Assembly (NCBI GenBank): GCA_964383495.1 | Contig: CAYLHG010000007.1 | Span: forward strand, 2,861 to 66,860 | Direction: 5' to 3' | From: an uncultured Gammaproteobacteria bacterium | GTDB taxonomy: Bacteria > Pseudomonadota > Gammaproteobacteria > JABCZS01 | Length of the DNA stretch: 64,000 nt | Part shown: in pieces, positions 37,078-46,830 of the stretch | Layout: the number at the start of each line of letters is the position of its first letter | Position numbering within the stretch: the first letter of the stretch is position 1 | The notes under the pieces: model-generated | Database searches by the model: none | Seen by the model: the letters and a program-made list of their open reading frames with translations, nothing else | What the model was told of the DNA's origin: nothing | Made by a program: the position numbers and the translations under genes

Positions 37078-38099
37078 TGTCAAAGAAAATATTGATTTTA
37101 GGTGTAAATGGATTTATCGGATCACATTTACTCACGAAAATTTTAATGCATACAGATTGGGAAGTGTTCGGATTAGATTTAACTACACATAAAATTGAAT
37201 CACATCTCAATAATCCTCGCTTTCATTTTAAAAAATCGGACTTACGCACTGAATCCGATTGGGTGAAACAAACTGTTCAAGTGGTGGATACCGTATTACC
37301 ATTGGTTGCCATTGCAAACCCACAAATTTATGTAGATGATCCGTTACGCGTATACGAGCTTGATTTTGAAGCCAACCTTCCTATTATTCGTTGGTGTGCA
37401 GAATATAAAAAACATTTAGTTTTCCCATCCACATCCGAAGTGTATGGTATGTGTGAAGACAAAGCGTTTGATGAATACACATCACATTTAGTATTAGGCC
37501 CAACCAGTACACCGCGTTGGATTTATTCATGCTCCAAACAATTACTCGATCGTGTTATTTTGGCGATTAATCAACGAGAAGCTTTCCCATTTACTTTATT
37601 CAGGCCATTCAATTGGTTTGGACCAGGACTAGATGAATTAGGCGCACATGTCAAAACACGCACGCGTGTCGTCACGCAATTCATGAACCAAATTTTACGT
37701 GGAGAAAATTTGGTATTATCTGATGGCGGGAAACAAATGCGCAGCTTCACTTACATTGATGATGGTATTGATGCTTTATTTAAGATCGTTGAAAACAAGA
37801 ATGGCGCTGCACATCAAGAAATTTTCAACATTGGCAACCCGAATAATCAAGCCTCTGTTGCTTCACTTGCAGAATCTATTTTGTCGATCGCCCGTTCAAT
37901 TCCTGCTGTGAAAACATTAGCTGAAAAAGTAAAAATTGTGAGCGAGCCTGCAGCAGTTGTGTATGGCACAGGGTACCAAGACGTACCTTGCCGCGTTCCC
38001 AGCATTGAAAACGCACGCCAAAAGTTAGGGTTTGATCCGAAAATCAGCTTAGAAGAAGGATTGCAGAAAACATGGAAGGCAGTGCATCATGCGCTTTAA
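37074..38099 (+). CDS. arnA: Stand-alone ArnA C-terminal-domain homologue (UDP-glucuronate oxidative decarboxylase); no formyltransferase domain
   Basis: KILILGVNGFIGSHL, VLPLVAIANP, LRVYELDFEANL, FPSTSEVYGMC, PRWIYSCSKQLLDRVI and TLFRPFNWFGP closely track E. coli ArnA residues ~317-660. At 341 aa, only the dehydrogenase domain is present. Confidence 0.9.
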   Translation: MMSKKILILGVNGFIGSHLLTKILMHTDWEVFGLDLTTHKIESHLNNPRFHFKKSDLRTESDWVKQTVQVVDTVLPLVAIANPQIYVDDPLRVYELDFEANLPIIRWCAEYKKHLVFPSTSEVYGMCEDKAFDEYTSHLVLGPTSTPRWIYSCSKQLLDRVILAINQREAFPFTLFRPFNWFGPGLDELGAHVKTRTRVVTQFMNQILRGENLVLSDGGKQMRSFTYIDDGIDALFKIVENKNGAAHQEIFNIGNPNNQASVASLAESILSIARSIPAVKTLAEKVKIVSEPAAVVYGTGYQDVPCRVPSIENARQKLGFDPKISLEEGLQKTWKAVHHAL

Positions 38100-39591
38100 A
38101 AAAACAGCTTTTTTGTTGATAGGACTTATTTCAATAGCAGCATATTTAGGGATAAACCACGCACAAAAAACGCGTGCTGACATTCCTTTTTATCAACCCA
38201 ATCAACCTGCTTATGTGTGGTATGCAGCGGGACAGAAAAAAATACTTGATGCGCAAAAATTATTTCCCGGAAAAAAACGTGCTAAAAATGTTATTTTATT
38301 CGTAGGCGATGGCATGGGAATCCCCACGATCACAACCACTCGTATTTTAGCGGGGCAACAACAAAATCAAACCGGGGAATCATATCAATTAAGTTTTGAA
38401 AAATTTCCGCATCTTGCATTATCAAAAACATATAACACAAATCAACAAGTGCCCGATTCTGCAGGCACCATGACGGCCATGATCACTGGCGTTAAAACCA
38501 GTGCAGGCGTTTTGTCTGTTGATGAAACTGTTAAAGTAAACGAAACAAACAATATTCAAACACGCACCTTAAAAACACTGATTGAAGAGGCCGAAGAACA
38601 AGGATTAGCGACAGGTATTGTGACCACTACTCGCATCACACACGCAACACCTGGGGCAGCGTATGCACATATTGCTAATCGTGATTGGGAAGCCGATTCT
38701 CAATTACCTGAAGCAGCTAAAAACGCGGGAGTTGCTGATATTGCATTGCAACTTATTCAATTTTCATCAGGCGATGGCATCAATTTAATATTAGGAGGAG
38801 GAAGCAGTTATTTTTTACCTCAGTCAGAAAAAGGCTTGCGTGATGATGGACGAAATTTAATTGCAGAATGGAAGCAAAAATATTCAGATGGTGTTTTTGT
38901 ATCAGACAATCAAAGTTTTGATGCTATTGATTGGAAAAAAACAAATCATGTATTAGGATTATTTACCCCCTCGCACATGAGTTACAATGTGGATCGCAAT
39001 GATGGCCCACACGGTGAGCCTTCTTTATCTGAAATGACTGAAAAAGCGATTGCTTATTTATCACGCTATCCTGAAGGTTATGTATTGATTGTTGAGGGTG
39101 GGCGCATCGACCATGGGCATCATGAAGGCAATGCGTATCGCGCACTCACAGATGCAGTGGAATTTGCCAACGCAGTTGCTATGGCGAATGAAACAACAAA
39201 TGCAGATGACACATTAATTATTGTCACAGCTGATCATAGTCATGTAATGACCATGAATGGTTACCCTATTTTAGGCAATCCTATTTTTGAAAAAGTAGTT
39301 CAATGGAATGAAATAACAGGAAATAGCGAACTTGCATTGGATAAAAACGGATTGCCTTACACAACATTACAATATGCCAACGGTCCGAGTGCACGCCAGC
39401 GCACAGATCTTACACACATAGATACAACGTTGCCTGATTATCACCAAGATGCACTCGTGCCTTTTGAGAATGAAACACACGGTGGTGAAGATGTTGCGAT
39501 TTATGCTCGCGGACCAGGAAGCCAATGGTTACAGGGTACCGTGGAACAACATGTGATTTATCATGTGATGCGGCAAGCGTTGGGTCATTAA
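38089..39591 (+). CDS. Alkaline phosphatase (PhoA/TNAP family), membrane-anchored or secreted
   Basis: It has an N-terminal hydrophobic segment and the active-site region VPDSAGTMTAMITGVKT (DSA-T). The metal-ligand motifs EGGRIDHGHH and TADHSH are present. The start overlaps the arnA-like stop by 11 nt. Confidence 0.9.
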   Translation: MRFKKTAFLLIGLISIAAYLGINHAQKTRADIPFYQPNQPAYVWYAAGQKKILDAQKLFPGKKRAKNVILFVGDGMGIPTITTTRILAGQQQNQTGESYQLSFEKFPHLALSKTYNTNQQVPDSAGTMTAMITGVKTSAGVLSVDETVKVNETNNIQTRTLKTLIEEAEEQGLATGIVTTTRITHATPGAAYAHIANRDWEADSQLPEAAKNAGVADIALQLIQFSSGDGINLILGGGSSYFLPQSEKGLRDDGRNLIAEWKQKYSDGVFVSDNQSFDAIDWKKTNHVLGLFTPSHMSYNVDRNDGPHGEPSLSEMTEKAIAYLSRYPEGYVLIVEGGRIDHGHHEGNAYRALTDAVEFANAVAMANETTNADDTLIIVTADHSHVMTMNGYPILGNPIFEKVVQWNEITGNSELALDKNGLPYTTLQYANGPSARQRTDLTHIDTTLPDYHQDALVPFENETHGGEDVAIYARGPGSQWLQGTVEQHVIYHVMRQALGH

Positions 39592-39750
39592 TCACCTGCT
39601 ATTTACCTTACCCCAATTTTCTATTGTTAAACCCGGAAAACGCTTAAAATTCTTTACATTATTAGTAATCAATGTACATTGTAAGCTCAATGCATCGGCC
39701 CATTTGTAAATACGGTACTCGTTTTCATCACCACCCCGAAGAATATATGT
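39592..39750 (-). pseudogene. Possible remnant of a PIN-domain (VapC-like) toxin gene 3' end
   Basis: The minus-strand frame reads ...YRIYKWADALSLQCTLITNNVKNFKRFPGLTIENWGKVNSR*. This resembles the C-terminal ...AL..g.TLvTnN.kDF.r.pGL.ieNW of VapC toxins. No start codon or N-terminal part is present. Confidence 0.4.
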
Positions 39751-39805
39751 TAATTATATATATTATAAAGAAAAAATGAATATTGTTTTAACCCAATGAT
39801 TTTTA

Positions 39806-40972
39806 TCAGAAAACAATTTTTAATCCTGCTTCGTAATGCTTAAGCGCCTGCTCAAGGTCACCTATTTTTTCATACACATGCCCTAACATCCAATAAGCTT
39901 CTGGATCCGGCATAATACGTATGCTTTGCATCAGTAATTCTTGTGCTTGTCCCCAAATACCTTTGACAGCATATAATCTTGCTAACGTTAATAATAAAAT
40001 AGGATCATCCGCATGTTTTTTCTGCCAATGTTCTACTGTTTTAATTTGTTTATCAATTTCTAATGTATGGACACGTCCATAAAAACGTACAAGCCTTTCA
40101 TCCCATGTGTGATTTAAACTATCACGTAATAAAGCTTCTGCGGTCGCCACGTCATTCTCTTCCATTAAAACAGGTAAATAACGCGATGCAATATCTGCAT
40201 CAATACGAAATACATTGGGAATAGCACCCCACATCAATTTTTTCGCGTCCATTGTGTTTGCTTGTAATAACAACCCGCTGTACGCTTTGCGATATAATCC
40301 TACACATTGGACTTCAGATAATAATTTTTTCTTTTTTAACGTGGGCAATAATGCCAGCAACCCTGTCCAATCTTTCAACTGCAATAATACTTGCTGTAAT
40401 AATTGCATGATGAAATCATGCTCAGGTGACAATTGATGTAAACGCTGCAACGTAGCCAAGCTTTGTTCCCATTGTTCACTTTCCATTTGTAAACGCGCCT
40501 GAGTAATCCCGATCGCCAAATCTGCACGGCTATCAAGTTGATGTGCTTTACGCAAATATTCATCTCGTTCAGTAATTTTACCTTGCTTCTCTGCTGCCGT
40601 TGCTGCACACAAATAATTAATCACAGCCGTATGCCACTTGTGGCTACTCTTAACTAATAAATTTTCTGCTTCTTTCCAATTCCCCTCTAATAAAGCAATA
40701 TACCCCCGCACTGTTCTTCTTCGCATCCTATGCAAACGCCCATGCTGAAACCATTGCTTGATTTCTTTCGGAACAGCCCATAAATGGCGAAAAATGTACA
40801 CTATTAAATAAATAAGATACATCCCAAATAATGTGCCTAATATACCTAACCACAAAGGCATTTCAATGCTTATTTTTCGATAGACAATTAATAAATAGCC
40901 TGGATCTTTAGCAACGGCAATTCCTGCGATGACACACAACACTAGTGCTATTAAAAAAATGATAAGTCTCAT
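39806..40972 (-). CDS. hemY: HemY-like protein (TPR-containing, heme biosynthesis-associated membrane protein)
   Basis: It has two N-terminal TM helices followed by TPR-like repeats, and it occupies the last position of the hemCDXY operon. Confidence 0.8.
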   Translation of the reverse strand: MRLIIFLIALVLCVIAGIAVAKDPGYLLIVYRKISIEMPLWLGILGTLFGMYLIYLIVYIFRHLWAVPKEIKQWFQHGRLHRMRRRTVRGYIALLEGNWKEAENLLVKSSHKWHTAVINYLCAATAAEKQGKITERDEYLRKAHQLDSRADLAIGITQARLQMESEQWEQSLATLQRLHQLSPEHDFIMQLLQQVLLQLKDWTGLLALLPTLKKKKLLSEVQCVGLYRKAYSGLLLQANTMDAKKLMWGAIPNVFRIDADIASRYLPVLMEENDVATAEALLRDSLNHTWDERLVRFYGRVHTLEIDKQIKTVEHWQKKHADDPILLLTLARLYAVKGIWGQAQELLMQSIRIMPDPEAYWMLGHVYEKIGDLEQALKHYEAGLKIVF

Positions 40973-41943
40973 AAGGATTTCTCTTGTTGTTGCATAAATA
41001 TTGTCCAGGTATCAAAACTTTTTAACCTACTTGGCGGATTAAATATTACGCTGACTTTTTCTAAATGTTGCAACGTAGTTAATGCTGCTTGAACCGTAGG
41101 CGATGTAGTATCGTAATAGCGATTTATCCAAATGATAGCTTGATCAACTTGCTGATTGTACAATGTTTCTTGAGCTCGCATTGCACTAAAGCTGGCTTGA
41201 CTCAAGATTAAAGCAACATTTTCGTTGATCAACGCTTGTTCATCTTTGGAGAAATAAGGCACTAATTCACCGTCTGTTGTACGAACACGTATTAATGATT
41301 TTAAATTATCCCAACCTGATTTTAATGATGCACGCCAGCTTTGTTTTTCATCTTCAGGTGCAATGGCATTTTGCTCGGACATTTTTTCAGCAGTTTGTTT
41401 ATGTGGCAATGTATTAATACTGTTGCTAAGCACCGATAAGCTCAACATGGCCTGTGCAATTGCATTACCTCCCGTTTGCGACAAATCCTGAATATCTTGT
41501 TGAATAGCTTCTTGAACGGGCAATAAATTGGGTTGCTGTAAATGAATCGCATTGTCCAGTGCTGCTTGCAACCAACTTCTTGCAGCTAAAGGATCTTTCA
41601 TCACATATGTTTCTTGCGCAGCACGTTCTAAATAAAACTGTATCTGTGTATATCGCCAAGCCGGACTTCCCTCATGCACAGTACGGTCTAATCCCTTCAA
41701 TCCTTCTGCAATTTTATTGCTGTGATCTGCTAATTGCTGAAATTGTTGTCCGTGTTTCTCCACCACTCCTTTTAATAAGATTAATTGTCTTTGCTGTGTG
41801 TCTAATGCTAACATTAAATCAGCACGCGAATTTCTATCAATTAATAATTTTAATTGCCAACCTATGGCACCCACAACAATCATTAACGTCAATGTTAATA
41901 ACCATAATATTTTCAATCCCCATTGCTTGTTCACTTCACTCAT
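40969..41943 (-). CDS. hemX: HemX-like membrane protein
   Basis: It has a single TM segment (LKILWLLTLTLMIVVGAIGW) followed by a Gln-rich coiled region. It sits at the hemX position. I prefer the ATG at 41943, which gives an 8-nt overlap with the hemD stop; the ORF track extends to 42030. Confidence 0.75.
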   Translation of the reverse strand: MSEVNKQWGLKILWLLTLTLMIVVGAIGWQLKLLIDRNSRADLMLALDTQQRQLILLKGVVEKHGQQFQQLADHSNKIAEGLKGLDRTVHEGSPAWRYTQIQFYLERAAQETYVMKDPLAARSWLQAALDNAIHLQQPNLLPVQEAIQQDIQDLSQTGGNAIAQAMLSLSVLSNSINTLPHKQTAEKMSEQNAIAPEDEKQSWRASLKSGWDNLKSLIRVRTTDGELVPYFSKDEQALINENVALILSQASFSAMRAQETLYNQQVDQAIIWINRYYDTTSPTVQAALTTLQHLEKVSVIFNPPSRLKSFDTWTIFMQQQEKSL

Positions 41944-42718
41944 GTTTTGTTCCCTCATACCAAGCCTGAACTGCATTGACGATAGCATCATTACTTGCAT
42001 CTTTTGCAACATAAGTGTGCTGAAATCCAAATAATTCTGCTACGCTTTTAATACGGTCACTCACCACAATTAAAGGTGTTTGATAAAAATCCTGTAGTAA
42101 GTGTGGAGGAATCAATGCATGTAGTGATCGTAAGCTTTCACCACTCGTCAATACAATGATATCAATACCCCTTCTAATCAGCGCATGTAACACAGGCATA
42201 GGATCCTCTTGCGTATGAATGCGTTTATAACAAATACATTCATTGACAACAGCGCCCCGCTCTTTCAACTCATCTTCAAGTGTTTGATTTCCACTATCAC
42301 CTTTAAACACAAATACTTTTTTATTTGACAAATTTGTAGGCAAACATGAAAGCAACGCTAAGGCGCCGATATCATTTTCAGGAAATAAAACAGTCTTTAC
42401 ACCAAAATTTTTTAACGTATCGGCAGTTCCTTCGCCTACAGTTGCAAATTGTGGTTTAAAATATTTTAAATCAAAGTGTGACAAAAGATGTGGCATGCCA
42501 TAATTCACTGCATTAGGGCTAATAAATACAACATAATCGTAATCTACTAATGTTAATATTTTTTCTTTTACATTTTCTTCTAGTGTGACAGGATGAATAA
42601 TCAATGTAGGAAATGAAAGCACAGAAGCTCCGCGCTCACTCAGTGCCACAATCAACCCTTGTGATTGATGTGCGGGTCGTGTGACCAATACATGTATGCG
42701 CTCCCAATGTTTCATCAT
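41936..42718 (-). CDS. hemD: Uroporphyrinogen-III synthase
   Basis: The 260-aa product has the HemD-type two-lobe pattern (VLVTRP...; TVGEGTA) and lies between hemC and hemX. Confidence 0.85.
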   Translation of the reverse strand: MMKHWERIHVLVTRPAHQSQGLIVALSERGASVLSFPTLIIHPVTLEENVKEKILTLVDYDYVVFISPNAVNYGMPHLLSHFDLKYFKPQFATVGEGTADTLKNFGVKTVLFPENDIGALALLSCLPTNLSNKKVFVFKGDSGNQTLEDELKERGAVVNECICYKRIHTQEDPMPVLHALIRRGIDIIVLTSGESLRSLHALIPPHLLQDFYQTPLIVVSDRIKSVAELFGFQHTYVAKDASNDAIVNAVQAWYEGTKHE

Positions 42719-42732
42719 TATCCCTTGAACAA

Positions 42733-43653
42733 TTAACTCAGCATTGCTGCGTTAATAACCTCACGCGCTCCTTGCGCCAATAATGCCTCAGCAACTTCAA
42801 TACCTAAAGCATTGGCCTCTGTTATAGGCCGTGTACATCGCGCGCGAAGTATCTGTTTACCATCCAAACTACCTACCAAACCTTCTAATATAAGATGCTC
42901 GCCTTCTAAAGCAGCATGCCCGCCAATAGGCACTTCGCAACTACTGCCTAATTGCTGCCCCAAACTACGCTCTGCCACCGCTTGCGCATGTGTATGAACA
43001 TCGTGAAGCGCTTGCAACTGGGGCAAAAAACGGCTCCCTTCCAGCGCCTGCACAACCACCACACCCTGGCCAATAGCTGGCAGCATTTGGGTTTGCGGCA
43101 ACAAGCTCCGAATGTGTCCCCCTAAGTTTAGACGCTCCAGACCACATGCAGCTAAAATAATGGCGTCATAATCCCCTGCAAGCATTTTTTTTACGCGTGT
43201 GTCGACATTCCCTCGCAACATGCGCACTTCCACGTCCGGACGTAGTGCTTTCAGCTGGCTTTGTCGACGCAAACTGGATGTTCCGATTCTTGCGCCCACT
43301 GGCAACTCCTGTACCGAGCTAGCAACAGGCGATAAAAAAGCATCCCAAGGTGTGGCGCGGGGTAAAAATGCAGCCAAAGTAAGACCCTGTGTATTTGTTA
43401 CAGGACAATCTTTCAAGGAATGAACAGCAATGTCTGCTTGCCCTTCAAGCAAGGCAGCTTCTAATTCCTTTAAAAACAACCCCTTACCGCCTATTTTTGC
43501 CAATGAAACATCCAGCGTCAAGTCACCCTGAGTATTCAATAATACAAATTCAATTTTTAAATCAGAATAACGCGCGCGCAACAAATCACCTACCCAATGA
43601 GCTTGCCAAAGGGCGAGGGCACTTTTTCGTGTTGCAATCCGTATTGTTTCCAT
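42733..43653 (-). CDS. hemC: Hydroxymethylbilane synthase (porphobilinogen deaminase)
   Basis: The motifs IRIATRKSALALWQA, GGKGLFLKELE, AVHSLKD, IGTSSLRR and LRGNVDTR are typical of HemC. Confidence 0.95.
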   Translation of the reverse strand: METIRIATRKSALALWQAHWVGDLLRARYSDLKIEFVLLNTQGDLTLDVSLAKIGGKGLFLKELEAALLEGQADIAVHSLKDCPVTNTQGLTLAAFLPRATPWDAFLSPVASSVQELPVGARIGTSSLRRQSQLKALRPDVEVRMLRGNVDTRVKKMLAGDYDAIILAACGLERLNLGGHIRSLLPQTQMLPAIGQGVVVVQALEGSRFLPQLQALHDVHTHAQAVAERSLGQQLGSSCEVPIGGHAALEGEHLILEGLVGSLDGKQILRARCTRPITEANALGIEVAEALLAQGAREVINAAMLS

Positions 43654-43762
43654 GAGTGAAGTGTATCATGGCAAAGTCGCTTTGAGCGACCTATACTTGG
43701 GAATACATTGACATAAGGTGTTTAGCTTGTTACTATGATCGCATTTCCACAAAGGGCAACTC

Positions 43763-44059
43763 ATGCATCACGAACCTCCTCCATCTTCAAAACCCACTTT
43801 TTTACGCAATGAAGCGACAAAAAGTAAAGGGCAGCAAGGCATGCAAAGCGAAGAAGGCAAAGGCCTGATGACGCAAATGTTTGAGTTGTTAAATGCCATT
43901 TTTAATAAACTGATTTTACCTGCCAAACCTCAAAATGCTGCACGCAGCAGTGCCAGCCCGCTTGCAGGCGGCCCATTTGCTGACACACGTCGTGGCCCAA
44001 CACCGCCTCCCGGGGTGGTGCGCCATGATCACAATGACAAAGAGAATGACGAACGCTAA
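43763..44059 (+). CDS. Hypothetical small Pro/Gly/Lys-rich protein (doubtful)
   Basis: The 98-aa ORF is low-complexity and ends 5 nt before the next gene. It has no clear RBS and no recognisable family. Confidence 0.3.
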   Translation: MHHEPPPSSKPTFLRNEATKSKGQQGMQSEEGKGLMTQMFELLNAIFNKLILPAKPQNAARSSASPLAGGPFADTRRGPTPPPGVVRHDHNDKENDER

Positions 44060-44064
44060 GCAAT

Positions 44065-45483
44065 ATGGATAACGAAGCCTTTTTCAAACAAGCTTTCGAA
44101 TCTGAAAAAAGTGGCCACGTTGACCTGGCAGCAACACTTTATCAACGTATTTTAGATAATTTGCCGACGCATCCAGCTACTTTATATAATCTTGCGGTAC
44201 TTAATGCTAAGCGCAATGATTATACTCGCGCCGTCGATTTATTTGAACGTTTAATACAAGTAACACCAAATGCTTCACAAGCATATTATAATGCAGCGAT
44301 TTGTTATATTAAAAAAGGTAATATTGACCACGCTATCTCGTATCTTATAAAAGCAGTGGAATATGAACCTTCTTATGCGGCAGCACAACACATGCTAGGC
44401 AGCATTTTATTACGTAGAAATGAATTCGAAAAAGCGTTGTTACATTTGACCGTAGCAGTGCAATATTTACCCGATGATGCCAATGCACATTGCCACATGG
44501 GGATGGCGTGTATGCATACAGAGCATATTGATGAAGCGCTTCTTCATTTGGAAAAAGCCATTGCTTTAGATTCTTCATTAGCAGAAGCGCATTATCATTC
44601 AGGTGTGATTGCTTTAAGGCGCGGAAAATTAGAAGATGCTGATCAACATTTTCAATCTACCGTAGGGCGTGATTCTTCGCATTTTTCCGCTTATTACAAT
44701 TTGGCTTTGATCAAAAAAAATCAATCGCAATTAAATTTAGCGAAATATTACATTGAAAAAGCATATCAATTATCTGATAACAATCCATTTATTGCTTATC
44801 TTCATGCCATTTTAAATGGAAATACTGCGTTCGATCACACACCTGATGAATTTGTCACAAATTTGTTTGATCACTATGCTTCGTATTATGATGAACATTT
44901 AAAAAATGTATTGCATTGTGGCTTGCCACAACAATGTGTTGCATTGTTTAATGATCATATCAAAAATATAAAAAATCAATGGGACTGCATACTTGATCTT
45001 GGTTGTGGCACAGGATTAACAGGTGAAGCATTTCGTTCTTATGCTACACAATTAATGGGATCTGATTTATCAGAAAACATGTTAAGCAAAGCACGAGAAA
45101 AAAATATATATGATCACTTGTACCATGAAAACATGATTGAAACTTTGAAACGCTTTGACCACACAATAGAGATCGCTATATGCTGCGATACATTAGTATA
45201 CGTGGGTAAATTAGAACCTTTTTTTGATAATTTGTCTCATGCATTACGTCCAAATGGATATGCAATATTAACTTTTGAATCAAGTGATACAGAATCAACG
45301 ACTTTATCTTCCACAGGTCGTTTTACACATTCAGCATCTTATATTCGATCCTGTGCAATACAATACGAATTCAACATGATTGAAATGCGAGAAACAGGGT
45401 TACGAAATCAAGCAGGAGAACAAGTGCCTGGATATATTGTTTTGATACAATATCTGCCTATAAAATTAACCACTGATAAATAG
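44065..45483 (+). CDS. TPR-repeat protein fused to a class I SAM-dependent methyltransferase domain
   Basis: There are about six TPR-like repeats (AxxYxNLAxxxxxxxxYxxAxxxFE pattern), followed by ILDLGCGTGL (SAM motif I) and a methyltransferase core. Confidence 0.8.
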   Translation: MDNEAFFKQAFESEKSGHVDLAATLYQRILDNLPTHPATLYNLAVLNAKRNDYTRAVDLFERLIQVTPNASQAYYNAAICYIKKGNIDHAISYLIKAVEYEPSYAAAQHMLGSILLRRNEFEKALLHLTVAVQYLPDDANAHCHMGMACMHTEHIDEALLHLEKAIALDSSLAEAHYHSGVIALRRGKLEDADQHFQSTVGRDSSHFSAYYNLALIKKNQSQLNLAKYYIEKAYQLSDNNPFIAYLHAILNGNTAFDHTPDEFVTNLFDHYASYYDEHLKNVLHCGLPQQCVALFNDHIKNIKNQWDCILDLGCGTGLTGEAFRSYATQLMGSDLSENMLSKAREKNIYDHLYHENMIETLKRFDHTIEIAICCDTLVYVGKLEPFFDNLSHALRPNGYAILTFESSDTESTTLSSTGRFTHSASYIRSCAIQYEFNMIEMRETGLRNQAGEQVPGYIVLIQYLPIKLTTDK

Positions 45484-46747
45484 GCATTATCGTCACTTTA
45501 GTATGCTGCGAAAACTCAATTATCCCACTTTCGTCTAATGTTAAAATCAAACCTTCCGAAACATTAAGCTCCTTCATTGCGACTTGTAGTGCTGTTAATT
45601 CTCGGTGACGAGTGGTTTCATTGTTTAATGTTTCACAAACCTGGATAAGTGATATTATTTTTTTCCCTTCTTGTACTACAAAATCAACTTCTAGCTTATC
45701 CTCAGTTTTATAATAATATATAGATTGATATCGTCTTCTTAATTCTAAGAAAACAATATTTTCAAGACATCTCCCAGTATTTCTACTAAACTGAGTACTC
45801 ATGATGTTTACTAAACCTGCATCAATGACATAAACTTTTTTTTGAGAAATTTTTTGTTTCAAAATAGAATAATCATAGCTTTCTATAGTAAAAATTAAAT
45901 AAGAATTTTCAAGATAATGAACATAATTTTTCACAGTGTTTATACTTCCTAGTTGAAGTACATTTTTTATTTTAGTATATGAAATAAAAGTACCGATATT
46001 ATTTATTAAATAAATAGCTAACTCACGAAATGCACGCACAGACTGAATCTCATAACGCACAATAATATCTTTATATAAAATATTTTCATAAAGTGATGAT
46101 AAAATGTGGGGGAATTGATAAGTGACATATTCTGGAATGCCTCCAATTCTCATGTATTCATTAAATTTATTTTTTAATAAACCCCTTTCACTAGTAATAA
46201 ATATATTATTTTTATCGTATTCAACATTAAAATAATTTAAGAATTCTTTGAAAGAATACGGAAGAAGTTCAATTTGTATATGACGCCCAGTTAATTTTGT
46301 ACCAAGCTCTCTACTTAATAAGGAAGCATTCGAACCTGTGATGATGAATTTCATTTTTTCATTTTGTAATCGACGCACAAAACGTTCCCACCCAGAAACA
46401 ATTTGTACCTCATCAAGAAAAAAAAGAGATTGCTTACCATATAACTCAATCATAACTTCATATAAATTATTAAAATCTTCCACTGTAAAATCAATAAGAC
46501 GTTCATCTTCAAAATTAAAATAATAGACGTCCCCATCATACTGTTTTTTAATGAGCTGAAGTAAGAGAGTAGATTTACCCGCTCGGCGTAGCCCACTAAT
46601 AATTAAGGCATGAGGTGTGGGGAGATAGGCCACGAGCTCTGCATATTTTGCTCGAACCACACCCACTTCTTCAAGCATTAGAGCTTTTTTTTGCTCTAAA
46701 ATCAACCCCTTGAGAAATAATTTGTCTAGCATGGCCCCTCCTGTCAT
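45458..46747 (-). CDS. AAA+ ATPase with C-terminal DUF4143-type domain
   Basis: It has Walker A GLRRAGKST and Walker B FFLDEVQ, and its C-terminal region is shared with the remnant at 21243-21451. An alternative start lies at 46732. Its 3' end overlaps the convergent methyltransferase gene by 26 nt. Confidence 0.8.
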   Translation of the reverse strand: MTGGAMLDKLFLKGLILEQKKALMLEEVGVVRAKYAELVAYLPTPHALIISGLRRAGKSTLLLQLIKKQYDGDVYYFNFEDERLIDFTVEDFNNLYEVMIELYGKQSLFFLDEVQIVSGWERFVRRLQNEKMKFIITGSNASLLSRELGTKLTGRHIQIELLPYSFKEFLNYFNVEYDKNNIFITSERGLLKNKFNEYMRIGGIPEYVTYQFPHILSSLYENILYKDIIVRYEIQSVRAFRELAIYLINNIGTFISYTKIKNVLQLGSINTVKNYVHYLENSYLIFTIESYDYSILKQKISQKKVYVIDAGLVNIMSTQFSRNTGRCLENIVFLELRRRYQSIYYYKTEDKLEVDFVVQEGKKIISLIQVCETLNNETTRHRELTALQVAMKELNVSEGLILTLDESGIIEFSQHTKVTIMPIYQWLIL

Positions 46748-46768
46748 AGTTAATGATAGGTTATATCG

Positions 46769-46798
46769 AAAAACCTGTCAATGGAATTGACAGGTTTT
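46769..46798 (-). terminator. Rho-independent terminator downstream of tsaC
   Basis: A perfect 13-bp stem, AAAACCTGTCAAT-GGA-ATTGACAGGTTTT, is followed by a T-run on the minus strand. Confidence 0.65.
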
Positions 46799-46830
46799 CA
46801 TATAAAAGGCGTCATTGCTGTAGACAGCTT

